From NCBI RefSeq assembly GCF_009914755.1, contig NC_060935.1: a stretch of 64,000 nucleotides of DNA; one strand, 5' to 3'. How positions within the stretch are numbered: the stretch's first letter is position 1; the number at the start of each line of letters is the position of its first letter. The translations under genes and the position numbers were made by a program. This document shows positions 1 through 22,510 of the stretch, piece by piece. The stretch comes from the human T2T-CHM13v2.0 reference genome, Homo sapiens. Below the pieces are notes generated by a model. The model did no database searches and was not told the origin of the DNA. It was given only the letters and a program-made list of their open reading frames with translations.

Positions 1-83
1 ACTTCTGAATAACTTCCTCCTATCAGCTATTACTCCATTTCCTTTCTCCATTTTGAAGCAAAACTCTTAGAGCTGTCCATTCT

Positions 84-7240
<7,157 letters not shown>

Positions 7241-7553
7241 TGTCAGTTCTTTTCCACAGCTGTCCTCATCTGCCCTATCAAATTCCATACACTTACACAT
7301 GCTACAAAGCAGCTCCAGACAGACTTTACTGTTCTACTTGCCACTGTATCTCCCGCACCTGGAACAGTGCCTCACATGAACAGGTGCTCAATAAAAACTT
7401 GTTGGGTGGATGGAAGCAGGTGAACTGGGTCCCATGGGTGGGCAGAATTCACTCTATCTTCCAAAAGGCATCAAGCAGTCCCTGGGGACTTTAAGATGCC
7501 AATCCACGGGGAAGAGAAAGCTCCTCTGTTTGGGGCGAGAGAGTGTATCTCAC

Positions 7554-7675
7554 CTCTGAATGGTTTCCTCCTGTTCCTTAACCATGTGTGCCAACTGCTG
7601 AAAGATGGAGCCCAACTCAACAATTGTCGACTCAATGTTCTGCATGGTGTCTGCCCGACTCTGGATGTAGGAATC
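7554..7675 (-). CDS. STX5: Syntaxin-5 exon 10 (Qa-SNARE motif); final TM-encoding exon is outside the window
   Basis: DSYIQSRADTMQNIESTIVELGSIFQQLAHMVKEQEETIQR; AAG acceptor, GTGAG donor; coding exons in window sum to 908 nt. Confidence 0.95.
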
Positions 7676-7846
7676 CTTCAGGAGAGGGAGAGAGCACATG
7701 AGCACCAACAGCTTCTTCAGGGTCAGACCTGCATTTTTACAACCCTCCCAGCTTGCCATTCTGCCCATGGCACACTCCAAACACTCTCTCGGGAACCACA
7801 GAGGATAATGGAGAAGCTGATTCTACCTAGTTCAGAGCCTGGGTAC

Positions 7847-7953
7847 CTGCTCGTCAATGAGCTGCAGCTGCTGGCTGGTCCGAGAGTCCATCATGTCGAT
7901 GGCGACATCCTTGGAGGCATGGGACTCTGCCCCCAGAACCACAGCACCACCGC
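7847..7953 (-). CDS. STX5: Syntaxin-5 exon 9
   Basis: GGAVVLGAESHASKDVAIDMMDSRTSQQLQLIDEQ. Confidence 0.95.
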
Positions 7954-8009
7954 CTGGGGGAGAAAACAGGATGTGGCACACCTTAACAGTTAAAAGCAGG
8001 TTCAAAGCC

Positions 8010-8180
8010 CACATGCTCTGGGTTTGAATCCCAGCTCTAGCACTTACTAGCCTTGTGACCCTGGACAGGTCATTTAACCTCTCTGAGCCTCAGTTTCCTC
8101 ACCTGTAAAATGGGGAATAATAGTTGCTTTCTCAAAGGGTGGTTGTGAAAATTAAATGAGAGAATGTGAATAAAGTGTAC
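8010..8180 (+). repeat. MIR SINE
   Basis: CTGGGTTTGAATCCCAGCTCT...CCTCAGTTTCCTCACCTGTAAAATGGGG core. Confidence 0.75.
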
Positions 8181-8420
8181 GAAAAAAAATTAGAAATTAT
8201 CATTATTCTGAATATAACTGAATTCACCCCAACAGTGAGAATGTGGGAGTCTAAATGTGGATCACGAATCTCAACCATCTGGTTTGGCCTCTGAGAGATA
8301 AAGCCTAGAAAATTCCTTGACCTTCCACTCTCCTACCCAACCCGTGCCTTTAGAGGATGCCATCACAACCAGAGTAAGTAACCTTACCTCCCAGGGCTCC
8401 CCGTTTTACCTGTGACTTAC

Positions 8421-8502
8421 CCAGGTGGTTAGGGGCAAGGGGCAGGGCTGACACAGGTGCCCGGGAGAACTGCTCTCTCCGGCTCCTCTGCTGCTTCAGG
8501 TT
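8421..8502 (-). CDS. STX5: Syntaxin-5 exon 8
   Basis: NLKQQRSRREQFSRAPVSALPLAPNHL(G). Confidence 0.95.
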
Positions 8503-8667
8503 CTGGGGTTGGGGAAAAACGCAAAGGACCTGAAGCCACTAGAAAGCAGGCATGTTAAAGAGACTCCCACCATTGGCCCCATGACCCTGTAGAACTTGTC
8601 CCTTCTTCATTTCCCTCTTGGATCTTTACTCCCATATTCCTACCCCTCCTACACAGATTGTTCTCAC

Positions 8668-8724
8668 CTCTGTCCTCACTTCTAAAACCGATTTGAAGTC
8701 ATTGGACATAGAAGCCAGTTTCGA
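8668..8724 (-). CDS. STX5: Syntaxin-5 exon 7
   Basis: SKLASMSNDFKSVLEVRTE; AG/GT flanks. Confidence 0.95.
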
Positions 8725-8807
8725 CTAGAAGAAAAGGAGAGAGGGTCAACCAAAGAAGGCTCCACATTCTTCCTCTTTGCCTCCCTCCCTTCCTCCCCAG
8801 GTCCCAC

Positions 8808-8924
8808 CTGCAAGGAGACCACAATGGTGTTGGAGTGGGTCTGCAGGTGCCGGCCACTCTGGCTGCCCTTGGCTCTCACGAAATCCTGGAGCTGAGCAAT
8901 TTGTTTGTTGAGGCTATTGATGTC
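8808..8924 (-). CDS. STX5: Syntaxin-5 exon 6
   Basis: DINSLNKQIAQLQDFVRAKGSQSGRHLQTHSNTIVVSLQ. Confidence 0.95.
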
Positions 8925-9781
8925 CTGGTAAAAGAGTCCAAGGAAAAACAAAGTATTAGCCAAGGAGTCCTTAGTCAGCATCTCTCACGATGGCCATCTC
9001 TGGTAGGAAGGACAAGGTGGAAGTTACTAGCCAGAGTGAGAGTATCTCAGACAGTCAGACCAGATGGGCCTGCTAGGATTTTCCAAGGTCTAGTGTTTGC
9101 TCTGGCTCAGTCCCTGCAGAGAAGAGCTACAAAGAGGCAAAATAGGCCTTCATCCATTGTAAATAACTTGTTTACTCCTCCAGCCTACTGCCCTGCTCCA
9201 TTCTGTGAGGCCATGCTCTTGGCCACAGAACCCTTTCAAAGGCCAAAATCTCGGGTCTAGGGCATGACCAACAAAGCCCCCGGACAGTACTCAGGAAAAG
9301 GGAAGAGTCAAAGGCACTGTAGTTTCGAGAGGCATCAACAGAACTATTTTCATACACACAATTCCTCAATGGCTAATGTCTGTAAACCCACCACTTTGAG
9401 AGGCCAAGGCAGGCAGATCATGAGGTCAAGAGATTGAGACCATCCTGGCCAACATGGTGAAATGCCATCTCTACTAAAAATACCAAAAATTAGCTGGGTG
9501 TGGTGGCGCGCGCCTATAATCCCAGCTACTTGGGATGCTGAGGCAAAAGAATCGTTTTGAACCTGGGAGGTGGAGGTTGCAGTGAGCCTAGATCGCGCCA
9601 CTGCACTCCAGCCTGGCGACAGAGTGAGACTCCGTCTTAAAAAAAAAAAAAGTTATTATTGGCCTGGCGCGGTGGCTCACGCCTGTAATCCCATCACTTT
9701 GGGAGGCTGAGGTGGGCGGATCACCTGAGGTCAGGAGTTTGAGACCAGCCTGACCAACGTGGAGAAACCCTGTCTCTACTA

Positions 9782-9940
<159 letters not shown>

Positions 9941-10117
9941 TCAAAAAATAATAATAAATAAATAAATAAATAAAATAAAAGTTATTATTACAGTCGAGTG
10001 CAGTGGCTCACACCTGTAATCCCAGCACTTTGGGAGGCCAAGGTGGGCGGCTCACTTGAGGTCAGGAGTTTGAGACCAGCCTGGCATACCCCGTCTCTAC
10101 TAAAGATAAAACAATTA

Positions 10118-10387
<270 letters not shown>

Positions 10388-10539
10388 TCACACCACTACA
10401 CTCCAGACTGGTCAACACAGTGAGACCCCCCTCTCTAAAAAAAGAAACTTGCTCTGGGTCCCCATGGCAATGGAAAATGACAGGAAGACAGAAGTGATCT
10501 GATTGGAATGCTGGGCTCTCCTGATGGCTAGTAGCTCAC

Positions 10540-10610
10540 CTGTTTGATGATATATGTTAGCTCTTCAATTTCCACTGCTTTATCATCAAAGAGGGACTTG
10601 CGCTTTGCCA
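10540..10610 (-). CDS. STX5: Syntaxin-5 exon 5
   Basis: AKRKSLFDDKAVEIEELTYIIKQ; AG/GT flanks. Confidence 0.95.
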
Positions 10611-10727
10611 CTACAGAGACAAACAAGAAGCCACAATGGGTGAGGTCAAGGACAAAGCTCAGGGAATATAGTCCTCAACCCTCTTTGATTTACTGCCCCA
10701 CTTCTGAAAGACCCCAAGAACACTCAC

Positions 10728-10783
10728 AGATTGTCAGCTTCTCCAGCTTGGCAAATGTGTTGCTAAGGTCTTTCCCAATGCGC
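10728..10783 (-). CDS. STX5: Syntaxin-5 exon 4
   Basis: RIGKDLSNTFAKLEKLTI; AG/GT flanks. Confidence 0.95.
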
Positions 10784-10945
10784 CTGCAAATGACCACTAG
10801 TCAGACTGTGGGAAAGGGCAGGACGCCTTTTCCCACATAAGCTCCAGCATAACCAATCCCAGACTTCACAGCCAAGGCCACTGATTGCAAGTCTACTTTT
10901 CTTCAGACACTGTATCACCCCACCAGAAAGCTTCTCTCAACTCAC

Positions 10946-11016
10946 TTGGCCATGAGGGTGAATTCACTGCGTTGTCGGACAGCACGCAAAGCTGGCTTAT
11001 TTGTCTGGATTCCATT
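10946..11016 (-). CDS. STX5: Syntaxin-5 exon 3
   Basis: NGIQTNKPALRAVRQRSEFTLMAK; AG/GT flanks; frame continuous. Confidence 0.95.
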
Positions 11017-11672
11017 CTGAAAAGCAATGGCAGGAGGTGACAACTTTAGTTCTCCCTTCCCCAGTTCCAGCTTTCACTCTTCCTGAGGTGTCCACTAACC
11101 TATCTCTAGTGCTGGTGGCATCCATCAGATGATCTAGATTTATGAGTGGTAGTCGTTTAGAGTCCAGATTTGAAGAGCAGGTAGACCTGAGTTCAAATCT
11201 TGACTCACCACTTACTACTAGCTGGTGGATTTGGGGCGAGTTACTTAAAACATTCTAAATCTCTACTTTCTCTTCTATAAAATGAAGACAATCCACACAT
11301 CTCCTATTGTTGCTAAGGTTAAATAACAAAAAGGCTGAAAAGTACTTCAGTCAACTACCTGGTACATAGTAAGCACTAAATAAATGGTATCTAGTATTGC
11401 CATTCTATTCCTCAAATCAGGAAATCAATAAGGATGATTGCAAAGCTCTTGGAGATCATACAGAAGAGCAGCTTTACCATGAGCTGAAAAACACTTCTTT
11501 ATAACTTTTCTGTTTTTGAGACAGGGTCTCACTCTGTCTCCCAGGTTGGAATATAGTAGCATGATCATAACTTACTGCGGCCTCGACATCCTGGGCTCAA
11601 GTGATCCTCCAACTTCAGCCTCCCAAGTAGCTGGGACTACAGGGCACACCACCACACCTAGCTAATTTTTAA

Positions 11673-11876
<204 letters not shown>

Positions 11877-12550
11877 TGAGGCAGGCGGATCACGAGGTCA
11901 AGAGATTGAGACCAACCTGGCTAACATGGTGAAACCCCATCTCTACTAAAAATACAAAAATTTAGCCAGGTGTGGTGGCATGCACCTGTAGTCCCAGCTA
12001 CTCAGCAGGCTGAGGCCGGAGAATCACTTGAACCTGGGAGGTGGAGGCTGCCGTGAGCCAAGATCCCACCACTGCACTCCAGCCTGGGTGACAGAGCGAG
12101 ACTCCGTCTCAAAATAAATAAATAAATAAATAAACAAACAAACAAACAAACAAATAAATAAATACAGTTACTTGGCCAGGTGCAGTGGCTCACACCTGTA
12201 ATCCCAGCATTTTGGGAGGCCGAGGCAAGCAGATCACGAGGTCAAGAGACAGAGACCATCCTGGCGAACACAGTGAAACCCCGTCTCTACTAAAAATACA
12301 AAAATTAGCTGGGTGTCCTGGCACCGCCTGTATTCCCAGCTACTTGGGAGGCTGAGGCAGGAGAATCACTTAAACCCAGAGGTGGAGGCTGCAGTGAACC
12401 CAGATCACGTCACTGCACTCCAGCCTGGCAACAAAGAGAGACTGTCTCAAAAACAAACAAACAAACAAACAAACAAACAAACACAAACTGCTTACTCGGG
12501 TCCCACTGGGATTGTTGAAAAAAACACTCCCGGCTGGGTACGGTGGCTCA

Positions 12551-12778
<228 letters not shown>

Positions 12779-12819
12779 CTACAGCCTGGGCAACAAGAGC
12801 GAAATTCCCATCTCAAAAA

Positions 12820-12850
<31 letters not shown>

Positions 12851-13247
12851 ATAGCACTCCCAAATTTTTTTTAAGAGGAGCTGAGTGCAGTGGCTGACAC
12901 CTGTAATCCCAGCACTTTGAGAAGATAAAGCAGACGGATCACTTGAGCCCAGAAGTTCGAGACCAGCCTGGGCAACATGGTAAAACCCCATCTCTACTAA
13001 CAAAACAGAAATTAGCCAGATGTGGTGGCACATGCCTATAATCCCAGCTACTGAGGAGCCTGAGGCAGGAGGGTTGCTTGAGCCCAGGAGGTCAGATGTT
13101 GCAGTGAGATGAGATAGAACCATTGTACTCCAGCCTTGGTGACAGAGTGAGACCATGTTTCCAAAAAAGGAGAGAGAGAGGCCAGGTGTGGTGACTCATA
13201 CCTGTAATCCCAGCACTTTGGGAGGCTGAGGAGGGCAGATCACCTCA

Positions 13248-13532
<285 letters not shown>

Positions 13533-14415
13533 CTACAGGCACATGCCACCACGTCCAGCTTTTTTTTTTTTTTTTCCTGTAGAAACAGGGTCTTGCTTTG
13601 TTGCTCCTGCTGGTCTCTAACTCCTGGCCTCAAGTCATCCTCTGGCCTAGGCCTCCCAAAGTGCTGGAATTACAGGTATGAGCCACCACATCCAACCCTA
13701 AGTGATTTTGATACAAATTACTGATCTAGGGCCAGGTGTGGTGTCCAGACCAACCTGGGCAACATAGTGAGACACTGCCTGTACGAAAAAATTTTAAAAT
13801 TAGCTGAGTGGTGCATCCATGTAGTCCCAGCTGCTCAGGAGGCTGAGGAAAGAGGATCCCTTGAGTCTAGGAGTTCAAGACTGCAAGTGAGCTATCATCA
13901 CACCACTACACTCCAGCCTGTTGACAGAGTTGAAAAACAGATCTCAAAACAAAACAAAAACAACAAATTACTTATCTAGAAAATGTCCTTAATCTTACAG
14001 AGATAAAAACTAATATGTAACTAGATTAACTAATTTTCTCATGGTTACAGAGCAAACTTATGGTAGAAGTATATTGGAAAATTCAAGGTGCATGTTTCTC
14101 AGCTAAAGGCTCTTCCTAGAACTTGTTCCTTATTCACACCAATTATATTGCAGCCAAGTACTCTCTGAAGTACTCCCTCCAGAATAGCAATCCTGCCCTC
14201 CAAAGGATTCCTCACAAAAAAAAGTCTAAGTCCTTGCCCCTAGTTAGCCAGCCGACCTCTTCTCTGTTGCTTATAGCAGACCCTACAGGCCCCATCCAAG
14301 CCTATCAGTTCCATCAGGTACCCCCCAAAATTACTTCGGTTAACAGTGGTGGAGCACAGTCCTTCCTAGATTTGAGTAAGGCTCACTCCTCGCCTTTTCC
14401 ACTCCAGGTCCTTAC

Positions 14416-14640
14416 CTGACGGGTCTGCAGCGACTTGCAGGCAGACAGAAACTCCTGGGTCCGATCCCGGCAGGACATGGTGTCGGGAGGGGGAGGGACG
14501 AGGGTCACTGGGGGGGGCAGAGGGGCGATGTCGCTGCTGCTACTGCCAGCAGTTGCAGGGGACAGGACCTGTGTCTTTGAGAGACCCAGGTAGACACCCT
14601 GATCCGTGTTCTTAGACCCGTAGCGTTTCCGCGGGATCAT
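14416..14640 (-). CDS. STX5: Syntaxin-5 exon 2 coding part (long-isoform Met1; short-isoform Met55 at 14478)
   Basis: MIPRKRYGSKNTDQG...MSCRDRTQEFLSACKSLQTRQ; acceptor AG at 14660-14661, donor GTAAG; 225 nt. Confidence 0.97.
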
Positions 14641-15350
14641 TGAGACGCATAACCTCGGACTGTTGTGGAGGGGAGAGTGTCATTCCCCAGGCAACTTCTT
14701 TACCCAAACTCCCCCGCCCCACCCCAATCAACAAATCCCCGAGCCCCTTCTGCACTTCTCGTGGACTTTCGCGCCCAGGACGCTCGCAAATCCTGGGGCG
14801 GACCAGCAGCGGAAAGGGCCCCGCTTTTCCCCTGTCCCAAGTCGAACCCGCTTCAGACTCTTCTTCCAACTTGGCTCTGGCGGCCAGAGCGCGGGCCGGG
14901 GACCCTGAAGCAGAGACAGGGCCAGAGCCAACCCCGTGGTCCTGAGACTCCGGCCCGGCCCGTGTAACTGCCCCGGGCCCTAACCCAGCCCTTTCGTTTC
15001 CGCGGTTTCCTTCGGCCCCTCCGGGAGGGCCAGTGACGGACCTCCAAAGACTGACACACTTCGGTGGGCGGAGGGGGAAAACCTCTGGGTGTTTATTTGA
15101 AACAGGAAGTCCCACCCCCCGCCCAAGGTCCGCCTTCTGGAAGACTTCAACCACTCATTAGCTAAGGCCGACGTCTCTCTCAACAGAGGCTTTCCTGATT
15201 GGACGGCAAGGAATTCGCTCACCCGGAGCCGGGCCGGCAGGACTTGCCCGCTCGCCCCTGATTCCCTTCCCCCCGCCAGTCGTCGCCCCCGTAAAACCAC
15301 TGCCCCAGAGCTGACACGGCGGCCAGATCCCCTCTTAAAGCGAATCTTAC

Positions 15351-15460
15351 CTCCCCTCTGCCGCCTGCCGCCGCCGCCACTTCCAATCTCACCGGCCGTC
15401 ACTGCCTCCTCCCCGAGCACTGAAGCCGCCGAAACCCGACCAAAGACTGGAAGCGGCCAC
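15351..15460 (-). other. STX5: STX5 exon 1 (non-coding 5' UTR); upstream boundary approximate
   Basis: CpG-rich, no ATG; ends in donor GAG|GTAAGA (plus strand ac at 15349-15350). Confidence 0.75.
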
Positions 15461-15720
15461 GTCACCTACACGTAACCCCACCCCCAGTGACGAGGGGGCG
15501 GTCCCACGCGTTTCAAGCCCAGCGACCCGAAAGACACGCCCCACACCCAAACGCAAGAGCGATCCCGCCCTCCCATTGGCTAAGGCGCCACCGTGACCCC
15601 GCCCCAGAGTACTACAGCAGGCGCTCAGGGGGCTGGGCCCGCCTCCGGGAAGGAGCCTTAAAGAACCAGCTGCCCGGTGGTGTCCGCGCCCAGTCCCCCA
15701 GAGTGGTCGTGCAGGTATAC
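15440..15720. promoter_or_regulatory. STX5 CpG-island promoter with TGACGTGG (UPRE/CRE-like), CCAAT and GC boxes
   Basis: ccacgtca 15457-15464; attgg near 15575; several ccgccc/gggcgg; high CpG density. Confidence 0.7.
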
Positions 15721-15729
15721 GTTAGAAAT

Positions 15730-15735
15730 TTTATT
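15730..15735 (-). terminator. TEX54 polyadenylation signal AATAAA
   Basis: tttatt on plus strand, downstream of the TEX54 stop. Confidence 0.75.
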
Positions 15736-15772
15736 CTCTGGAGGTTGGGGCGGACTGAGAGCAGGTCTGGGG

Positions 15773-16240
<468 letters not shown>

Positions 16241-16321
16241 TCAGGCAGCCCCCACCCCAAGCTACCCCTCATTCCTTTCTCCCATCACAAAAGGCTCAGG
16301 GTCATGGTGGGTGTTCAGCAG

Positions 16322-16327
16322 TTTATT
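16322..16327 (-). terminator. WDR74 polyadenylation signal AATAAA
   Basis: 21 nt after the WDR74 TGA. Confidence 0.8.
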
Positions 16328-16348
16328 TACAAAGTGGGCACAGGGGCG

Positions 16349-16528
16349 TCAGGGGCTGGTGGACCCAGGCCGCTTCTTCTTTCTCCGTCTCGTTTGGAGA
16401 GCTCCTTGGGGCTGCTCCAAACCCGAGAGCTTCCGCTTGGCAGCTGCCTCCAAGGATGCCCAAAGTTCATCTGTCTCTGTGTCTTCTAGGGGCACCTTGT
16501 TGGGTTCTTGAGGCTCTTGGGGCTCATC
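16349..16528 (-). CDS. WDR74: WDR74 (Nsa1 homolog, 60S biogenesis) last coding exon
   Basis: DEPQEPQEPNKVP...TRRRKKKRPGSTSP*; basic NLS-like tail; 11 exons sum to 1158 nt = 385 aa + stop. Confidence 0.95.
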   Translation of the reverse strand, partial: DEPQEPQEPNKVPLEDTETDELWASLEAAAKRKLSGLEQPQGALQTRRRKKKRPGSTSP

Positions 16529-16688
16529 CTGGTGAGTGGGAAGAAAGCTTAGGAGTCAGGGGGGCCGGGCACGGTGGCTCCCACCTGTAATCTCAGCACT
16601 TTGGGAGACCAAGGCAGGAGGATTGCTTGAGCCCAGGACTTAGCGACCAGACTGGGCAACATAAGGAGACCCCATCTCCACAAAAAGA

Positions 16689-16723
<35 letters not shown>

Positions 16724-17014
16724 AAGTAGTCAGGGGCACAGGGACAAACCCACAGGGAAGGAGACCCTGGCTGAGAAAGAATCCCTCTGGGTACCACCAC
16801 CTTTATTCCCTGCTCCTAGAAAGCAACCCCATCCATGCTGTTGGCAATAACCCTCTCAGGATTTTAACTGTTAATGCCTCTCAGAGAAATTAAGTGACCA
16901 GGCAGGTAAACAGATAGTCCCAAGTCTGCATTCCAGCTGCCTCCTTTTCCTCTCCATAGGGAGGTCCTCACATCTATGCCCTTGGCTCCCACATTCCCGG
17001 GCCCAACTGCTCAC

Positions 17015-17071
17015 CTCCCAGTTGTCCCTGCCTGACAAGAGGAGGCAGTTCAATTGAGACTTGAGATAAAC
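17015..17071 (-). CDS. WDR74: WDR74 coding exon 10
   Basis: VYLKSQLNCLLLSGRDNWE. Confidence 0.93.
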
Positions 17072-17188
17072 CTGCAAAAGATGAGGGACCTTAAGGAGCC
17101 AGGCATGCTGAGACAGAAACATGAACGGAGGGCACAGGAGGCGGGGCCTCCACAAGACCATGAGTTGGAGGTGGGAGAGACAACTTAC

Positions 17189-17334
17189 CTTATGCTCCAG
17201 ACCCCGTGGATTCTGGATCCTGTGTATCCTCAAGACTCTGTCCAAGCCACAGGAGGCTAGTAGAGGCTTTGAAGGGTGGCACTGCAACCCACGCACACTG
17301 CCTGCCAGCCCCTTCAGACAGCCCAGTAGACGCC
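17189..17334 (-). CDS. WDR74: WDR74 coding exon 9
   Basis: RLLGCLKGLAGSVRGLQCHPSKPLLASCGLDRVLRIHRIQNPRGLEHK (WD repeat). Confidence 0.95.
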
Positions 17335-17672
17335 CTAGAGAAGGGGGGAAGCATCCGTGATAACTGGCTGGCCAATAACCAACCATTCATTGTTTCCTGT
17401 TCCAATCACTTTCCATTTCAACATTTAATCTGCAACAAAACCCTGAGACTGGAGCTTCTACTAATATTTCCATTTCGCAGGTGAGGAAACTAAGGCACAG
17501 GGAGTTGAAATAATTAGTTTAAGGTCATACAGCTTTTAGGGAAACCAGGATTTAAACCCAGGCAATCTGGCACCTGAATGAGGCCTCACTGGCCCCACTG
17601 CACCACCTTAGAGGGAATCCTGACCCTTCTCCCTGCTCCTTCCTTTCCCCCAATGTACCCTAGTCCACTCAC

Positions 17673-17728
17673 CTTGCCGAAGGTCAATTTCTGCCAGCTG
17701 CCCATGAGTGTTTCCCACAATCACTGAG
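17673..17728 (-). CDS. WDR74: WDR74 coding exon 8
   Basis: SVIVGNTHGQLAEIDLRQ(G). Confidence 0.93.
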
Positions 17729-17823
17729 CTGAGGATGAGACCAGAGGCAAGTGGGATCAGCAGTAACCTCCTGGAGCCCTTCTCAAGCCCCACCCTCCCA
17801 CCCCTTCCCCTCTAAACACTCAC

Positions 17824-17924
17824 TTGCCTCCCGGAGTGAGGGTCATGGCTGTTAGTGGGTACTCTCCATAGGTGGTCTCTAGGACTGGCCGGCGCTGGGG
17901 GGATGCTGGATCATAAACACGGAC
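17824..17924 (-). CDS. WDR74: WDR74 coding exon 7
   Basis: VRVYDPASPQRRPVLETTYGEYPLTAMTLTPGG. Confidence 0.93.
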
Positions 17925-18827
17925 CTAGAGGAAGGCTGAAGCATCACAAAAGTATCCTCACCCTGCACCTACCCTCTGGCGTCTCTGCATCCTCACCCCC
18001 TCCCTGCACACTGCTTTCTTATTTATGATCCACTCCCAGAAACTTTCTCATCTTAGATGTATGCCTCTTCTCTGAGCATCAGGGTGTCAGGAGAGCTGCT
18101 TAGCAGCATAAATGGACAGAGCTGAGGGGAGAGGTCCCCTAGGTTGGAAGTGTGTGAGCATTCCATCCCCCCATACTCCCATCTAGGGGAAATGGAGGGA
18201 CAGAAAAGCAAGTTGGTCTAGTAGTCAGTAGGTGCTAAATTTCAAGCAGGGGTTAGCCTGAATGAAGGAGGAAAGAGGATGCCCTCATATGTGTTTTGAG
18301 CAGAGGCATATGACCAAGATCAGACTTCAATGTGCAGAAGCAAAGAAAATAGGACAAATACAGTGACCCAGCCCCGCCCGTGTCTCAAGACCTCAAATGA
18401 GACAAACCATAAAGATTCCCCATTCGGGCCCTTCCTGTAAAGCTGAGGAGCTGAGGCCAGAGATGGGAGGCTCAGGCCTGGGTCCCAAAGCAAATCAGAG
18501 AGGCTGCATCAGGACCAGAACCCAGTTCTCTTAACACCCAGCCCAATGTCCTCTGACACCTGCACCCTATAATTCCCACAGTGAAGGGGATCCACTCTCC
18601 TTTCCTCTCTTCCAGGTGGGAGGAAAACAGGCATAGTTCAGGAAACTCCACCCTAGAATACAGTAGAGGAAGGTCATGGGCTCAGGGACAGGGTTGGAAC
18701 AGACGGGGAAGCGCTTGCTCCTCTGAACTCAGAATGGTGAGAAGAGCAGTTGTGTCAAACCGTGGGGGCCATTTCTCCAGGAGGCTGCTTTATCCCAGGA
18801 GAAGGCAGGTGTGAGGTGACACCTTAC

Positions 18828-18929
18828 CTGGTGGTACCCTGTGCAGGTGACAAGCTTCTGTGATCCTGGGAGAAACTGTATGTCCTGGTCCCAGATGGGA
18901 ACCCGCAAGTCCAGCCAGTCATTCCGCAC
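18828..18929 (-). CDS. WDR74: WDR74 coding exon 6
   Basis: VRNDWLDLRVPIWDQDIQFLPGSQKLVTCTGYHQ. Confidence 0.95.
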
Positions 18930-19091
18930 CTGGTGGGGTGGGCAGATGGAGGACAGGGCTATGGGGGGCTCGATGTGCCCCTGTTTTCAGCCCTCCTTCG
19001 CCCCCTAAGTCCATCTAGTCTCTAATGCATCGTCAGTGGCCTCAGCCTCCCTCGACTTCAGGAACAGCTCCTTCACACTCTTGTCACTCAC

Positions 19092-19238
19092 GTTCTTGGC
19101 CCTGAACACAGGTTCCTCAGAGCCCTGCAGGTCCCATATCTTCAAAGCATTCTCTTTCCCACCTGTGGCAACCACATGGGGGTGTGCTGGGTCTTGGCGC
19201 ATCCTACACACCCCAGGGCCCACTCTCAGTTCCAGGAG
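19092..19238 (-). CDS. WDR74: WDR74 coding exon 5
   Basis: LLELRVGPGVCRMRQDPAHPHVVATGGKENALKIWDLQGSEEPVFRAKN. Confidence 0.95.
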
Positions 19239-19357
19239 CTGTAAAGAATAGGAGATAAGAGTCCGTTCCAGAGTCCTTAATCCTCCCTTCCCCAGCGTGA
19301 TCATTAGGCACCTACCCCAGCCCACCTCCCCCAACCATCAGGGCAGGGGAGCCTCAC

Positions 19358-19433
19358 TGGGTCAGAGGATGTGTCCTTGTCCTTGTCATGCCAGACTCTG
19401 AGAATCCCAGAATCCACACATGTGATGAGGGTG
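19358..19433 (-). CDS. WDR74: WDR74 coding exon 4
   Basis: TLITCVDSGILRVWHDKDKDTSSDP. Confidence 0.93.
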
Positions 19434-20033
19434 CTGCAGAGAAAGGATAGAGTTGGGATTTTTTAAGTGCTTAAACTCCTTGTTCTAATCTTTCTCTCCT
19501 CCTTACTACTACAGTTGACTAATGTTTAAAGAAAAAAAAAAGTATAAAAGTATTCTCTAGGCCCCAAACTCATATCAACCAGATTCCCTACTAACAGTCC
19601 AGTTTAGAAGGAAGCCTCTAGGTCACTGGGCTCTAGGCAGGGCTTGACAGCTTCCAGCTTCCTAATCTGTTAATTCAACTTTCTCAACAGGGTGAGGGTT
19701 TACCAAGTGAGGAAATAGAAGCGCTGAGAAACTAATTTGCCACTCAGCTATGTTACAACCACAGCTAGAAATCAACTCTGTGATATTCCAGAGTGCTTTT
19801 GCTGTTCACAGCTATGTCTAGCATCTGGCTGTACTGATCTGTCTGAATCTTGAGTTGCTTACTAGGGCTGGTCTGAATTTAGGGCTTGGTCAAAGTCAAA
19901 CACCAACTTCTTGGGTTCCTTGCTCTGAGTTTCAGGCACTAAATGTCAGTCTCTTGCTTAAAATATCCCTCCCGAGAAGTCCAAGCAAGTCTCTCCCCAG
20001 GATCTGCACAGCCTGCGCCTATGTTCTTTCTCA

Positions 20034-22225
<2,192 letters not shown>

Positions 22226-22510
22226 TTAGAGGATTATAATGGAGTCAGGTGAAAAACCTTAGAGGATGAGAACTTTTTGAAGGCAGAAATTTTACCGGCA
22301 GCCCCTGTACTTCTCCCAGTGCCTGGAATTCAGTAGGTGTTCAATAAATGTGTGTTACAGGTATGAACTACATAAGGCAGAAACCCAGGTCCCTGTCACC
22401 CATTCAAAGCCGTGTCACTAAGAGTTTGCCTGTCGCCATCATTCCAGTATCCTCAGGGAGCATCAACGCTCTCCCTTCGGCCCTGAGTTTAGCGAGGGGA
22501 TTGGTCTTAC

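Noticed and set aside
7496-9260. Plus-strand ORFs of 165 and 141 aa
   Set aside because: Antisense shadows of STX5 exons.
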